Shown: positions 25,731-47,213 of the stretch, piece after piece
Numbering within the stretch: position 1 is the first letter of the stretch
Layout of the letters: every line of letters starts with the position of its first letter
The notes under the pieces: model-generated
The model's input: only the letters and a program-made list of their open reading frames with translations
Database searches by the model: none
What the model was told of the DNA's origin: nothing
Assembly (NCBI RefSeq): GCF_009914755.1
Contig: NC_060928.1
Origin: the human T2T-CHM13v2.0 reference genome, Homo sapiens
Reading direction: 5' to 3' (one strand)
DNA: 64,000 bases
Translations under genes and position numbers: made by a program

Positions 25731-27439
25731 ATTTTAATAATATTGTATGACCTTGCCAAATGCATTGTGGTCAAATGGGGACCAATGAAGTAATAGTATC
25801 TCAACATACGTGAGGTTTTCTTTAATTTATATAGATTGAAACCTTTTTCCCCAAATAGGACTACAAAATTGGTTTTAGGATCAGGTGAGTGTCACATTTG
25901 GTATTAAGATGAAAATATGTATATGTACAATGCTTCTAGATACAGTTTAGTGAGCTAATTTACTGTGGTCCAAGCACTTTTCTAGATGCTAGATATTTAC
26001 AGATTTTACTAAAGTGAACCGAGGCACCTTCGAGTTATACTTTCTTACTTTAGAGAAGTGTCTCAGGCCCTACATGGAAAAACCTACGGAGTGATCCCAC
26101 CATCTTGATCACAGCTGGATTGAAGGAGGTGTCTGATCCAAGAGTTGCCAATGTGGGCTCACCAGCAGTCTGTAAGAGGGCCCTGGAATGAGTGCCGTGA
26201 CCAGCCAGTAAGAAGGAAAGCAACAACTAACAACTTTAGCACATTCTCTTTGGGGAATTTCTATGAAAAGGCAAAAAAAAAGGACGCACCAAAGAAGTGA
26301 GTATTCAGAAGCCGTGACTAACAGAAGCAATGAGGATGCAGAAATCATGAGCAAGAAGGGGCCCATGAGGTCAAGAAAGCAATTCATCAAAGGCAGGAAT
26401 CCTGTTAAAAACTTAAGACACTTCTTAGGGAACAATAAAATGATCTGTCATCATCACACCTGAATACAATGTCCAGTCTTAGAACAACTCCCTGAAGCTT
26501 GGCTCTGAAATGTTCTTGTTCTTCATGAGACCAGCATGGAGAGCTGTTTTTTGTGTATCCTCTCTGAATAACCATTCTGTTCTCAGCATCTAGAAACAGT
26601 GCCTGGGATAATGCCAAAGTGTTTAATAAATGAATATCATATCAAGCAACCTAAAGGACCTCAATTACACAGGTAAATTGGAGACTCAAAAATCAGACAA
26701 AATGCATGTGTGAAGGGGCATCTATAACTGCTCAGACTGGTGAATATTCAGAAGTGAAATAAATGACTCGTAACAAGGCTAGCAAGGGTTTCAGATTAAT
26801 CAAAAGGAGCAAAGGATAAAAGACTGTTTAAAGAGTTCAGTTTTGTGTGACTACAGAAGTTCAGTGGAGTGAAAGGTCAATGAAGACTGAAGTGTCCATA
26901 AGAAGAGACGAGACTTCAGCTATAGCTTCAAGTATCATCTGAAGACAAGAATGAAGGCAAGAGGCAGGGCTATTGGCATGGCTGTGGGACACAGGAGTCA
27001 TGCCTCATTAGATGGGACATTATGAATAGAAGATGCAGAGAAATTGGTTGGGATAAGTAGGGAGTGAGATCAGGACAAAAAATGTTTAGAGATTGTTCAT
27101 TTTAGGGGATCAGTAAATGCTTATAAAAAGAAACAAGGAAGGAAAGGAGAAAGAATTGACAGAATCTTTTGATGAGACAATGGTAGGAAAGGATGACTTG
27201 ATTAGTCAGGACCAGGCAGGATGGAGGGTGAGGCAGGGAAGGTAGCTAGCTGGGAAACCTGCTATCATCCAGGCCTGAGCCAGCAAAGCCCTGGAAAGTA
27301 TGGTTTCAAAGGCAATTCAAAGGAAAAAAATCAATAGAATTTGGTGTCTAATAGCATATAAGAGACTTACTTAAAAGTTAAGCCAAAATTTGTAAAATGT
27401 TCAAGATTCTTATTCTGAATGCTTAAGATAAAGAGAATA

Positions 27440-27737
27440 GGCTGGGTACAGTGGCTCATACCTGTAATCCCAACACTGGGAAGCCAAGGTGGGAGGATCG
27501 CTTGAGCCCAGGAATTCAAGACCAGCCTGGGCAACACAGGGAGACCCTGTCTTAAAAAAAAAAAAATTATTCAAGCTTGGTAGCATGTGCCAATATGTCC
27601 CAGCAACTTGGGAGGCTGAGGTAGTAGGATCACCTGAGCCCAGCAGTTCCAGGCTGCAAGTGAGCTATGATCGTACCACTGCACTTTAGCCTGGGTAAGA
27701 GAGTAAGAACTCATCTCAGGGGAAAAAAAAAAAAAAT
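27440..27737 (+). mobile_element. AluJ
   Basis: diverged consensus. Confidence 0.88.
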
Positions 27738-27973
27738 TAACATTGACAAAGATAAGGAAGTTGCAGAAAATGTTAATTTTTAAAACTGAGTCAAAAAAAT
27801 TCTTGTCCACGGGATTCAAAGTTCCACACTGTTTCCGTTGTACCTTCTGTTAATACATCCATAAGGTAAGGCTCTGGATGTGGTTGAGGAAGGGGGCATT
27901 CTACCCTCTTCAGGTACAATTACAGTACTGGTGAGTCCACACAGTTTATTCACTGCATTTTCCAAAACATCTG

Positions 27974-28264
27974 ATTTTTTTTTTTTTTTTTTGAGACCGA
28001 GTATTGCTCTGTCGCCCAGGCTGGAGTGTGATCTTGGCTCACTGCAACCTCTGCCTCTCGGGTTCAAGTGATTCTCCTGCCTCAGCCTCCTGAGCAGCTG
28101 GGACTACAGGCACGTGCCACCACGCCCAGCTAATTTTTGTATTTTTAGTAGAGACGCGGTTTCCCCAGGCTGACCAAGATGGTCTCGATCTCTTGACTTC
28201 GTGATCCGCCCGCCTCAGCCTTCCAAAGTGCTGGGATTACAGGCGTGAGCCGCCGCGCCCGGCC
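27974..28264 (-). mobile_element. AluS (Sc-like)
   Basis: reverse consensus; catctgatt TSD. Confidence 0.9.
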
Positions 28265-28644
28265 ATCTGATTCATTCTTTTGTGTCATTGTAAAGGTTGT
28301 GAATCATTGAGCGCAGGCACTACGTCTAACCAAGCTATTTCTAGCACCCCTGCAAAATTAAAATTATTTGCTCACATGCAAAACTAGGCCCAGAGAAGGA
28401 CACTGACAATGTGGAATACATAATTTCAAAAATTCACCTCAAAAAGCTGGAGGACCAGTAGAATGAAAACCACCAGCCTACTCATGGGCGAACTGTGGTA
28501 CTTGTGTCCTTTCTTCCATTTACTTTCCTGAGGAGAGGAGAGACTGCTCACCTGGTATTCCACTGTGCCCCTCCCCGGCAGGCCCCTCACTGACCCGTGA
28601 GGCACTCACTATAGATTATTGCTCCATCATAATATAACCAAGGA

Positions 28645-28950
<306 letters not shown>

Positions 28951-31364
28951 TGAAAAATAACCAAATATAGATAGGGGAAGAAACAGGAAAATAATAGTGG
29001 TAAAGGAGGTGGAATAATAGCAAGGAAAAGGAGGGAAGGGAAAGGATGAGAAGAAAACAATTAAATGGTGAAATAAATTAATAAGCAAATATTCAAAAGC
29101 AAAAAAAAAGCAACACAATAGTTCATATCTGTGGTTTGGAGCAGACCCCTCCTGAGGCAGGAAAACTCTCCTCTTTGGGAAGTGAATTTCCCATTAATAA
29201 TAGTTAATGTCACTCATAAATTGGAGGCTTCTGATAACAGCAAAAGATTGTATCCTTTCATTCTCAGATTGGGGTAGGTACCAGATGCTCTTACTTAATT
29301 ACTTAAAGATTTAACTACATAATCTTGCCCGTGATTGCTGCACTGAGTTTACCTGGTTTGAGCTCAGAGTGGTTTACCTCATTGATTTCAAGCGTCCTTT
29401 AAGGTCAGTCATATACGATTGCACCTAAGATATTTAAATAGCTGTTTCTTTTTACTCTCATAGAGTGTGCGATCATCAGACTTCCCCCAAACCAGAGAAT
29501 CTCTACTTAGCGAGTGCAATGGCTGAACTTGAACCTATATTTGAAATTTCATTTTACCCAGTCAATTCATGAGGACGCAATTTATCTGTGGATTTATATA
29601 AATACCACTATTAGAGACAAACTACTTATAAATGCTTTAAATTCATTTCTCCTTCTCCAGACCCAGAAAGGAAACCCAAATGTATCCACTTTACGCATTC
29701 AAAGCCTTGACTTTCTGAGCTAATCTTTCATAAATGGCTCTTAAGGGAGGGTCTCCTTCCTTCCTTGGGTCTCACCCAGAGGTTGCCCCTTTGCAATCCA
29801 CATTGATGAAGGACATCTTCCCTGCTGGAGGACACGTTCCTGCAGGAGATTCTTTGAAGAGCAAACACCACCCTCCAGCCTTGAAATGCTGGCGCGGCTT
29901 CACTGTGTCTCTAAATCAAGCTTTGTCCACCCAGACAGGAAGACTCCACCCTGTTGTGACAGGCACAATGTGGAATTTGTGCTTCAGTGAGCTTCAGATG
30001 ATTTTCAACCCCACACCTTGGATGTGTTTTTGAAACAACGTGGGATATAAATAAATAAAACATATTAACCATTGTGGTGCTTTATTCGCTCTTCAATATT
30101 TGTAAGTTGATTTCTACCATAAAAGAGTTTTTTTCTCTCCTCCCTTCCTTCTTTCCCTGCTCTCCCACCGCCCTCACCATCACCACCCACCCTGCCCTAA
30201 AAAAACAGTTCCGTTTTTGGTATTCTTCTGTGACGTTCCACACTTCATGGAAGGGTGGTTCTGCTAGTTGAAATTTTAAAATGCATCCATTCCCATTCTC
30301 CGGCTTATTCAGAATCCTCTATTGCCAAATCTTTAGGCTTTTTTCAACCCCCATTTACAACTTATGACAAGCTCATGAGTGTCTTTTCTTGCTCAAGTTC
30401 TCATCCTATCACTCTCTGCACAAAAGCCTTGGAGAATGTTCATTTCCATCCCAAGAACAAAATAAGCTTTTGCCCTTCCCCGCTTTAAAACAATTGCTCA
30501 AGGTAATGGCCACCACCATCTTACAAAATTAATTGATTAACTTTTTAGGTCAGACTGGGGTTTGTCTACTGAGAAGTTCTTGGCAGTGCAGAAAGAGCAG
30601 TCAGTCTGTTTGATGTGACACAGAAGTGTGAAGAAGACGATGTGCCTGTTTCTGTCCCAGGCGAGGAAGTTTGTATGTAAATATAGTGGGGAGAGGGTAA
30701 GAAGACAAAGATTCAAAGCAAAAAAGGGAACAGTAAATGCACACAGTGAGTGCAGTTTTACAACTAAAAAAAATATTTAAACATTTCTGATGTCAAGAAA
30801 TCAGAAGGCATTTGGAAAATATTCTAACCCTTTTAAAGATATTCCAAACCATTTTCCCTGGCTTATTTCTACATAGCAACAAACTTTTATCTCTGAAAAT
30901 AAACTGTCCATCTCCTGAGAAGAGATTATTTCTCTTCTGAGAACTCTTTCAGATATAAGAATGTGAAGGATTCCAGTTGTTTGGTCCTGCTTACCTTTCC
31001 TGTGACATGTGTGTATATGAAGCTGTATGGGAATCCCCATCCAGAAGTTCTCAAGAGAGGAGATGGGCTTCCATGCTTTTTTAAAAAATGTGACAGAAAG
31101 TCTGCATGAGTTTTGACCTTTTTTTTTTTTTCCTGGTGAGGATAAAGCCAGTTTTCAACTGTGAGAAAAGTGCTCTGAGGCAAACTCGCTTTCACCACAG
31201 CTTAGCCCTGTGGCATCTCCTGCTGTGGCCATGCACCCAATAAATTCCCCTAGATGAGCAATTCCTGTAGCCTGGTCCTGGTCAGGCTGGCATGCAGGAG
31301 GGCTTCCTTCTATTACTAAAGTGGAGTCTCCAAATCACCTCTTTGGAATGTGTGAACCCTAGGG

Positions 31365-31862
31365 CAGGGTCCCCAACCCCTGGGCCACAGACTGGTACGG
31401 GGCCACAGGCAGGGGCTGAAGGGTGGGTAAGCAAGGGAAGCTCATCTGTATTTACAGCTGATCCCCATCGCTGGCATTACCGCTCAAGCTCCGTCTCCTG
31501 TCAGACCAGCAGCGGCATTAGATTCTCATAGAAGCACGAACCCTATTGTGAACGGTGCATGGGAGGGATCTAGGTTGCGTGCTCCTCATGAGAATCTAAT
31601 GCCTGATGATCGGTCACTGCCTCCAATCACCCCCAGATGGGACCGTCTAGTTGCAGGAAAACAGCCTCAGGGCTCCCACTGAGTCTACGTTATGGTGAGT
31701 TGTATGATTATTTCATTATATATTACAATGTAATAACAGAAATAAAGTGCACAATAAATGTAATGTTCTTGAATTATTCCAGAATCATCCCCCTGCCTGG
31801 TCCATGGAAAAATTGGCTTCCACGAAACCAGTAGCTGGTGCCAAAAAGGCTGGGAACCGCTG
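31365..31862 (+). mobile_element. MER1A hAT-Charlie non-autonomous DNA transposon
   Basis: CAGGG(G)TCCCCAACC ... GG(T/C)TGGG(G/A)ACCGCTG termini; 8-bp TSD ccctaggg/ccctagag; internal palindrome ~31515-31603. Confidence 0.9.
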
Positions 31863-32221
31863 CCCTAGAGGAAGAATTTCAATACAAATGTAGCAAACTC
31901 CAGTTCCTTATTTTGTTCTGTAAAAGCATTATTGATTGTGACAACCCAAAGCATCATCAGGAAAACAGGGAACACACTGCATGGCCATCTGCCATGAGGG
32001 GGGTGTTAGTGGCCATTGGCTAGAGAGATCTGTGAAGGAGCAGGGAGAGAGCCAGGAGTCCAGTGGGCACCCCCAGGAGACATAACCGCTGTGTACTGGT
32101 GTGCACGCTGGACCGCTAGTGACCTGGAGGCCGGCAGTGGGAGGGGACAGGCAGTGTTAGGGATTAGAAAACAAAGACTCCGTGAGTTTATTTTGGATTG
32201 TTCTCTTTCTTTTATATTCCT

Positions 32222-32607
32222 TGTATTAGTTTGCTAGAGTGGCCACAGCTTGGGAGCTTGGGTGTTTTAAACAATAGAAATGTTGTTCCCACGGTTCTGG
32301 AGGCAGGGGTCCAAGACGAAGGTGCTGGCATATTTGTTCTTTCCTGAGGTCTCCCTCCCAGATTTGTTCTCCCTGACTCGCTGATGGCTTCCTGCTCACT
32401 GTGTCCTCACAGGGTCTTTCCTCTGAATGTGCATCCATGGTGTCTTCCACTTCTTATAAGGACACCGGTCCTGTTGGTTGAAGCCTCCGCCCTGTGACCT
32501 CGCTTAACCTTAGTTACCTCTTTGAAGGCCCTGTCTCCAAATGCAGTCACATTGGGAGTTAGGACTTCAACACATGGATTTTGGGAGACTACAATTGAGT
32601 TCATAAC
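32222..32607 (-). mobile_element. MLT1 (MaLR) solo LTR
   Basis: tgtattagtttgctag...gttctggaggc...ccaaatgcagtcacattgggagttaggacttcaac. Confidence 0.8.
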
Positions 32608-33286
32608 AGGTCATTACCGAGCCACCAGGTTGCTAAAAGCAAAACCTCAGGTTTATGAGTGCAGCCGTGCCCAGATGCAGCGCCAAGGGATACCCATGAA
32701 AAACTCTTTTTTAATGTACTTATCGGAATGGCTAAAATTAAAAATGCCAAATGCTGGAGAGGGTGTGGGGAAATAGGATCACTCATATTGCTGGTGGGAA
32801 TGTAAAATGGTAGAGCTGCTTTGGAAAGCAGTTTGGCAAATTCCTATAAAATTCAACAGTACTATAAAGTTATAAATGTACTGTACTATATTTATATTAA
32901 TATAAACTCAAGTATCACTATAAAATTAAAATTACTACACAACCCAGCAGTTGAACTCTTGGGCATTTATCCTCAGCATATCCAGGATAATGTAGGCTTT
33001 TCCTTGATTGCATTGTAAGTTTAACATGTCCATGGTTTATGGTTCATAATGTCTACCTATGTTTTAATATCATCTGCCAATTTATTGACACCTTTTCCAT
33101 TTAAAAATGAGAGAGAAAGAAAAACTCTTCTAGATAACAATCCTCCCTATTGTTTCCCTAGCAAGTCATGGGTGAGATCATTGGAAGCTGACCTATGGTG
33201 CTTTAGGTTCTTATAAGACTCTCAGCATTTCTTCCTCCTCAGGAAATGCCCTGCTGAGTTCACAATCTCAAATCAAATCTGCTTTA

Positions 33287-34849
<1,563 letters not shown>

Positions 34850-35360
34850 AATCTGCTTTATAGTTGGTTTTTAGTATACAATAACTTTTCTTAAGAATCA
34901 AACTGTTGCATATTTTTCTAATGAAACATGTTTTTCTAACACATGCATGGCGAGATGCATATAGTATACAAACACATTGTAACAGCATAAATCTGTAAGA
35001 GATAGCAAAGTAGGATGGGTTACAATTTCTCAGGCAGCAGATCATCTCATGGGCTAGGACTAGCGGTATGGTGGCTGTGTTCAAGCCATGATTGAATGCA
35101 CCTCCTCTGCCATGGGAGATGCTGACAATGCAGGGCACACCCCTTGTGAAGGTCTAGGGTAGACTAGAGGAAAAGCAGGTGCTTCCACCATTCCCTGACC
35201 CATGGACTGAGCATGCAGAGAACTGGCATGGTCTGCTTAGCAGCTGCCTGGGATGTGGCTGGGGTAAGTATCAGGAAAGGGGGTGGAAAATGTGAGCCCA
35301 GGGCAGGAAATCAGAGCACAGGATTAAGAAAAATGTCTCAAAGGTCCTTAAAAAGTACCT

Positions 35361-36470
<1,110 letters not shown>

Positions 36471-36909
36471 AATTTGAGAATTTCTGTCTTAAGGTTTAGG
36501 ATGGGTTCCTCTTATCCAGACCGTTTTGATTCTTTCTTACTAAAAACAAATAGGTGTAAATCACATGCATGAAAAATTTGAGTTTCTCTACTTGAAAGCG
36601 ACCAGCAGCTAAGCTGCAGGTTGCACACTGAAGTTGTTTGTGGACATCCAGAATCACTTGAAAGGTAAGACCCACTCACCTGTTAAAAGTATAGATATGT
36701 GACTCTTAGAAAAATTAGTTCTATTTTTCTTGTAGCTTAATTATAAGAAAAAGATCTAGATCTAAAAAGATCATAATCCACATTCCATCTTGGTTTGAAT
36801 AAATTAAAAAGACAACAGTTTCTGGAGTCAGATAGGTCTCGGTTTGAACTCGGATGTCCCCCCTCTCCATTGCAGGACTTTGAGATATTTACATCTCCGA
36901 CCTCCAAAA

Positions 36910-37840
<931 letters not shown>

Positions 37841-38315
37841 GGTAAGTAAAATGTTGTTTTCATACTTTAACACATGTCCTGAATCTTCCAGGAATGTCTT
37901 TCTGTAGAAAACTGTTGAGGGTTGGCTCAGCTGTCTGCATCTAAAATAGAAATATCAGATCCACAAAAGCTGGCAATTCTTTGCTTGAAATAAGACAGAA
38001 GTTTGTGGCTTGGTGCAAAATTGTAGAGATTTCCTGGAATGTAGGGGCCAGGCTTACAACCTTAGCTATATTTCACCATCCTTACATCACTATTTCTCTG
38101 GTTGTTCTGGTTGTCTGGAGTTAGTTCTCTCATAGATTAGTTAGGAAAGATTTATGGGAATGCTCTTGCACTGGAAATTCAGTTTTGACGTAAAAACCCT
38201 CAGCTCACCTTTTCTTTTCTTGAGTGTAGTAAAAATGACACTTCATTGTCTTCTTGCATAAAGTAGTGCTAACTCAAAATTGATTGTCAATTTGTACGTC
38301 TTTTCCTTTGAAGCA

Positions 38316-39408
<1,093 letters not shown>

Positions 39409-39476
39409 TAGTATGGTATTTTTATGAAGTCTAAAGGACTTTTTCTTTTCTTTTCTTTTCTTAAAGCTATAGTTTT

Positions 39477-39791
39477 GGCCAGGCGTGGTCAAAACGTGCT
39501 CACGCCTGTAATCCTAGCACTTTTGGAGGCTGAGGCGGGAGGATTGCCTGAGCTCAGGAGTTCAAGACCAGCCTGGGCAACATGGTGAAACCCCATTTCT
39601 ACTACAAAATACAAAAAAAATTACTCGGGCATGGCAGCCCATGTCTGTAATCTCAGCTACTCGGGAGGCTGAGGCAGAAGAATTGCTTGGACCTGGGAGG
39701 CAGAGGTTGCAATGAGCTTAGATCGCATCACTGCACTCCAGCCTGGTCGAAAGAGCAAGACTCTATCTCAAAAAAAAAAAAAAAAAAAAAA
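39477..39791 (+). mobile_element. AluS
   Basis: TSD aaagctatagtttt. Confidence 0.9.
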
Positions 39792-40094
39792 GCTATAGTT
39801 TTATTAGACTAAGTCTTGGCATTGTAAGTTCTGGGCTATTACTTCATACAAGCAGAGGTCCATCCAACAAGTAGTTTCAAATTCTCCCTAAGGAAAGTTT
39901 TATTGCATTTTAAATTTTAGTGTTTGTTCTTTTCAATTATTTTGGTTTTCCTCTTCAGAGATCTCCCTATCAAACATGCTAGAACTTCTTTTACTGTCTT
40001 CTATAGCTTTCACTTTCTATCAAATCCTTTTTATATTTTTTCATTTCCCTTGTTATTTAAAAGTTTCCTCCTTTCCATCTTCCACTTCCCTTAA

Positions 40095-40452
<358 letters not shown>

Positions 40453-40674
40453 CTTTATTTCTTATATTTTTTTTCCCTAAACCTTTTCTGAGTTTTTCAA
40501 TATCTCATTTAAATTTTTCTTTGCTCTATTTATTTTTTAAAATTCTGATTTTTATGTTTTATCAATGCATATAATAGTTTTCCTTATGTTTGTTGAGCAT
40601 ATTTTGAAATATTAAGTTAAAGTTTTCATCGTTGTGTGAGCTTGAATTTCTGGTGTTATTTCATAGTATGTAAG

Positions 40675-42529
<1,855 letters not shown>

Positions 42530-43476
42530 CTATTTCTCTTTTTCTAATAATACTTTGTTTGAGATTTGATACAGTCCTTTTCTGTGGCTCATTTTTAATT
42601 CAAATGACTATTTTTGCATATTTAAGACGGATGAAGAAGCCAGAATAACATTTCTAACCTCATGACTGTAGAACTCTTCCTTTTGTTGTTTTCACAAAGA
42701 GACTGAAAACATGGCAGTGAACTGCCTGAGGTTTTCATTCTCTGTTCATCTCTAATTTTATCTGGACTCTATTGTCCCTGCCCTAGTCAACTGGGAATCT
42801 ATTCTCAACATTTGCTCCTCAATGTAGGGCTTTGTCATGGAAAGTCAGTTTGGTTTGTTACTTTCAAGAATTCATAGGCACCAGGCAGATCCGGCATCCT
42901 TAGATCTTCCAGCAACCCCAGTGCAGTTATCTGGACAATATAACCTGCACAACACTCTTCAAGTTTCTGCAGTTATTCTCAGAATACTCTACCATGCTTT
43001 CCAGTGAATAACCGATAGTAATTTAGGAGTTCTCTGTCTTTGGTTTTGCTCTCCTCGTTGCTCTGATGTTTTTTTTTACAGGGGCATTCAGAAGGTAAAA
43101 AACTACACTGCCACTGCCACCTCATTCCCAGAATGGTATTCTGTTACTTTTTCTTTTGAACAGAATTTCCTTGGAAATGGTTTTTAGAAACTTGTGCACC
43201 TATTTAATTTGCCCTTCTATTCGTTTTTAAAACATTTTTACTATGTAAATTTCAAAACCTAGATAAAGGTAGAGATGACAGTATATTGCTGTCACCCCAT
43301 GCACCCATTTTCAACAACGATTCACATATGACTACTCTTACTTCATTTTGGCACTATGTATGTTTCTGTCTTGCAACCCACTGGATTATTTTGAAGAAAA
43401 TTCAAGACATCATGTCATGCCAGCATAAAATGCTTCTACTTTTAAATTATTTTCGAATGCCAAATGCACACACATA

Positions 43477-44781
43477 CAGATGACCCTTGAACAATGCGGG
43501 AGTTAGGGGCACCAACCCATCACAGAGTCAAAAATCTATAATTTTTGAGTTCCCCAAAACTTATACAAATCAATAAACACACGTTGTATGCTATATGTAT
43601 ATAGTATGTCTAGTTTACTGTATTCTTACAATAAAGTAAACTAGAGAAAAGAAAATGTTATTAAGAAAAGTATGGCTGACTGTGCGCAATGGCTTATACC
43701 TGTAATCTTAGCACTTTGGGAGGCTGAGTTGGGCAGATTGTTTGAACCCAGGAGTTCAAGACCAGCCTGGGCAACATGGCAAAACCTCATCTCTATTAAA
43801 GAAAAAAGAAAGAAAGAAGTAAAGAAATGAAAATAAGCAAGCAAGCAAGCAAGAAAGAAACGTATGGCCGAGTCTGGTAGCTCATGCCTATAATCCCAAT
43901 GCTTTCGGAGGCTGAGGAAGGAGGATCACTTGAGACCAGGAATTTGAGACCAGGCTGGTCAATATAGTGATGCTCCATCTGTATTAGTCCATTCTCACAC
44001 TCCTATAGAGAACTGCCCAAGACTGGGTAATTTATAAAGGAAAGAGGTTTAATTGACTCACATTTCTGCATGGCTGGGGAGACCTCAGGAAACTTACAAT
44101 CATGGCAGAAGGTAATTCTTCACAGGGTGGCAGGGAAAAGATTGAGTGCCAAGCAAAGGGGGAAGCCCCTTATTAAACCATCACATCTCATTAGAACTTA
44201 CCACTATCACGGGAACAAAAGCATGGGGGTAACCACCCCCATGATTTAATTACCTCTCACTAGGTCCCTCCCACGGCATGCGGGGATTATGGGAACTACA
44301 ATTCAAGATAAGATTTGAGTGGGTACACAACAAAACCATGTCACTGTCTATACAAAAAATTTAAAAATTATCCAGGTGCAATAGCATATGCCTATAGTCT
44401 TCCTAGCTATTCAGGAGGCTGAGGTGGGAGGACTGCCTGAGCCCAGGAGTTTGAGGCTGCAGTGAGCTATGATTGCATCCCTGCACTCCAACCCAGTGAA
44501 CAGAGTGAGACCCTGTCTCAAAAAATAAATAAATACATACATACATAATAAATACAATTTTAAAAAGAAAATAATAGAAAGAAAAAATATATTTATTATT
44601 CATTAAGTGGAAGTGGCCTCTCAAAAAGGCCTTCATCCTTATCATCCTCATGTTGAGAAGGCTGAGGAGGAGGAGGATGAGGCAGGTTGGTCTTGCTATC
44701 TTGAGGGTGGCAGAAGCAGAAGAAAATCCAGGTATAAGTGGACTAGCATACTTTAAACTCATGTTGTTCAAGGGTCAACTG
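43477..44781 (-). mobile_element. Second Tigger2a-like element, inverted relative to the first; contains FLAM ~43673-43810 and a split AluJ
   Basis: TA|cagatgacccttgaacaa ... ttgttcaagggtcaactg|TA. Confidence 0.85.
43980..44343 (-). mobile_element. THE1 (MaLR) solo LTR inserted in AluJ (~43866-44545)
   Basis: tgtattagtccattctcacact...ggaaagaggtttaattgactcac...acaattcaagataagatttg; 5-bp TSD ccatc/ctgtc. Confidence 0.92.
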
Positions 44782-45070
44782 TATAGACATATATATAAAA
44801 CATCAGGCTGTGATGGTTCACAACTTCACACAAATGACAAGTACACAGTCGTGCGTTGGCTTCACACATCTTAGGAAAATTGTATCTATGAATGGACCAC
44901 TGAAATAAAAATTAGATATGTTCTTAGAGATTTATGAAAAGACAATATTAAAACAAAAACAAAACAAAGCACCAAACTTCTATCCAATTTTCAACATCAT
45001 AAGATCTGAAAGTTATCTTAATTCACCGTTTCTCTTTCCCCAGCACAACCACCATTAATTCAAAGTCCTC

Positions 45071-45395
45071 AGCCGGGCGCGGTGGCTCACATCTGTAATA
45101 CCAGCACTTTGGGAGGCCGAGGTGGGCGGATCACGAGGTCAGGAAATCGAGACCATCCTGGCTAACACGGTGAAACCCCATCTCTACTAAAAATACAAAA
45201 AATTAGCCGGGCGTGGTGGCGGACGCCGGTAGTCCCAGCTACTCAGAGGCTGAGGCAGGAGAATGGCGTGAACCCAGGAGGCGGAGCTTGCAGTGAGCCG
45301 AGATTGCGCCACTGCATTCCAGCCTGGACGACAGAGCCAGACTACGTCTCAAAAAAAACAAAAAAAACACAAAAAACCAAAAAACCAAAAAACCA
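45071..45395 (+). mobile_element. AluY
   Basis: AluY diagnostic motifs. Confidence 0.92.
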
Positions 45396-46944
45396 AATTT
45401 ATCTCCATTCAACATCTTCCAGATCTCTATTACGACTGGCTCTGCCTTAGTTTAGGATTTCATCATTTCTTTTCTACGCTCTGGCTTCTGATTTATCTCT
45501 TGACCTCTAGATCACCTGCCTTCAGTTGATCCTCCAGAAACCACTTAAGAACTTTCTTTAATGTTAATCTATTCATTTAACTCTCTAGAAGCACTTAGTA
45601 GGCTCCTATCGCTTAAGGATAAAGGAAATTTTCTTACAAATAAAGGCGGCTGCTCATGATCAAGATCCTGTTTATTTTCAATCTCTCCTCTTACTCTGTC
45701 TATACAAACACCGCTTGTGCTTCCTTCCTGCTCTGCTATTTGAGTCTACTCTGCTTTCCTATATGTTGTTCTGTTTTTCTCCAAAACCTCCCCCGACATC
45801 CTGCCAGTAAACTGTGACTTACATCAAGCCTCAGTTACACGTCTCTTCTGGCTTTGAAAAAAACATGGCACATGAAGTAAAAGGAGACTTAAATATTATC
45901 TTGGACTTTCAATGTCCTGCTCACATCTAGCTCATTCATTCCTCAAAAGCCTTCCTGAATCATGTAAGGCGGGTATTGTTTCTATGGATAAGTAAACTGA
46001 GTAGAGGCAGCAGTTAGTAAATGGCAGAATTAGAAGGCCCTGGAAAACCCCAGCAGGCATCATTCCTATTTTAGTCTATAGGAACATGCCCCTGAGTGCG
46101 TAGCAAGCAAGTTTGCCCTTGTTACATATATCCCTTTCAGAGTTCACAGCAGGGTATAGCTTCCATTATGCAGATTGTTGATCCTTTTTCCTTTTTTTTA
46201 AGCTCTCGTGACCACTAAATCTGCATAATAAGCAACTAAAATGATTTCTGTTGGAAGAAAGTTTTTTTTTTTTTTTCCCTTACTGTCTTCACTCCCAAAT
46301 GCACCCAGGTCAAAATTTAGCAACGCTTGGCTTGAAATGGCATCCATGTTTTGTTATGGTAATTTTTTATTTTTAAATGCAGAAGTGATTTAGTAGTAAA
46401 ATCCTGCTTGCTGGTTAGAGGTCGTGGGAATGCCTCTCCATCTGAATGGAAAGAAATTGGTTTTAAATTATTAGATGGCCAAAGGCTTATAGAGAGTGGA
46501 GTTAGAGAAGCAGCTTATGACCTTCACCTACACTTGAACTGGAATGGTAATCTACATTTCCAAAGGCACTAAGCGTTCCAATTTAAATTTCTGTGGTGAC
46601 ACTTGAAAAGATTGATCATTCTATCCTGAGAGGAGATGAAGGAATGAGGGTGAGGGGTTATGAGCAGGCAACACTGCCTGCTCAGTAGGAGCTGACAATC
46701 AACTAGGATAGCCCCAATTTCCTGTTGCAATATTTAACTCACTTTTGTGTTTACATTTGATAAACACAAGTTTAGAGATTCAAGAATTAGAACATCTCTT
46801 GTCTCACTCCAGCTACAAATATTGATTAAAATGGGAAAGATTGTTTATTGTAAATTGCATTTATCTTCATGATGTGGGAACAATGTAGGTTTTCAATGAA
46901 TGCTTCTTTGTGTGTGAAAGATATGTGAATAAACTAATTTCAAT

Positions 46945-47213
46945 TTTTTTTTAATTTTTAATTATTAATTTTAAATTGACAATAATAATTGCATAATATT
47001 TATGTGGTACAATGATGTCTTAATGTATGTGTGCATTGTGGAATGAGCAGACCAGGCTAATTAACATATTCATCACCTCACAAGCTTATCATTTCTCTGC
47101 AGGGCAAACATTTATAAACTACTCTTTTGGCAATTTTAAAATATACAATACATTATTGTTAACTGTAGCCACTTTGATATGCAATAGATCACTAGAACTT
47201 ATTCTTCCTAACT
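46945..47213 (-). mobile_element. L1MA-type 3' end fragment
   Basis: gctaattaacatattcatcacctcac...gcaatagatcactagaacttattc. Confidence 0.75.

Noticed and set aside
26109-26617. Lys/Arg-rich ORFs suggesting a processed pseudogene
   Set aside because: I recognise no parent protein, see no poly(A) tail or TSD, and adjacent sequence looks like L2 remnants. A tblastx search would settle it.
31515-31603. pre-miRNA-like hairpin
   Set aside because: It is the internal palindrome of MER1A, and the sequence alone gives no evidence of processing.
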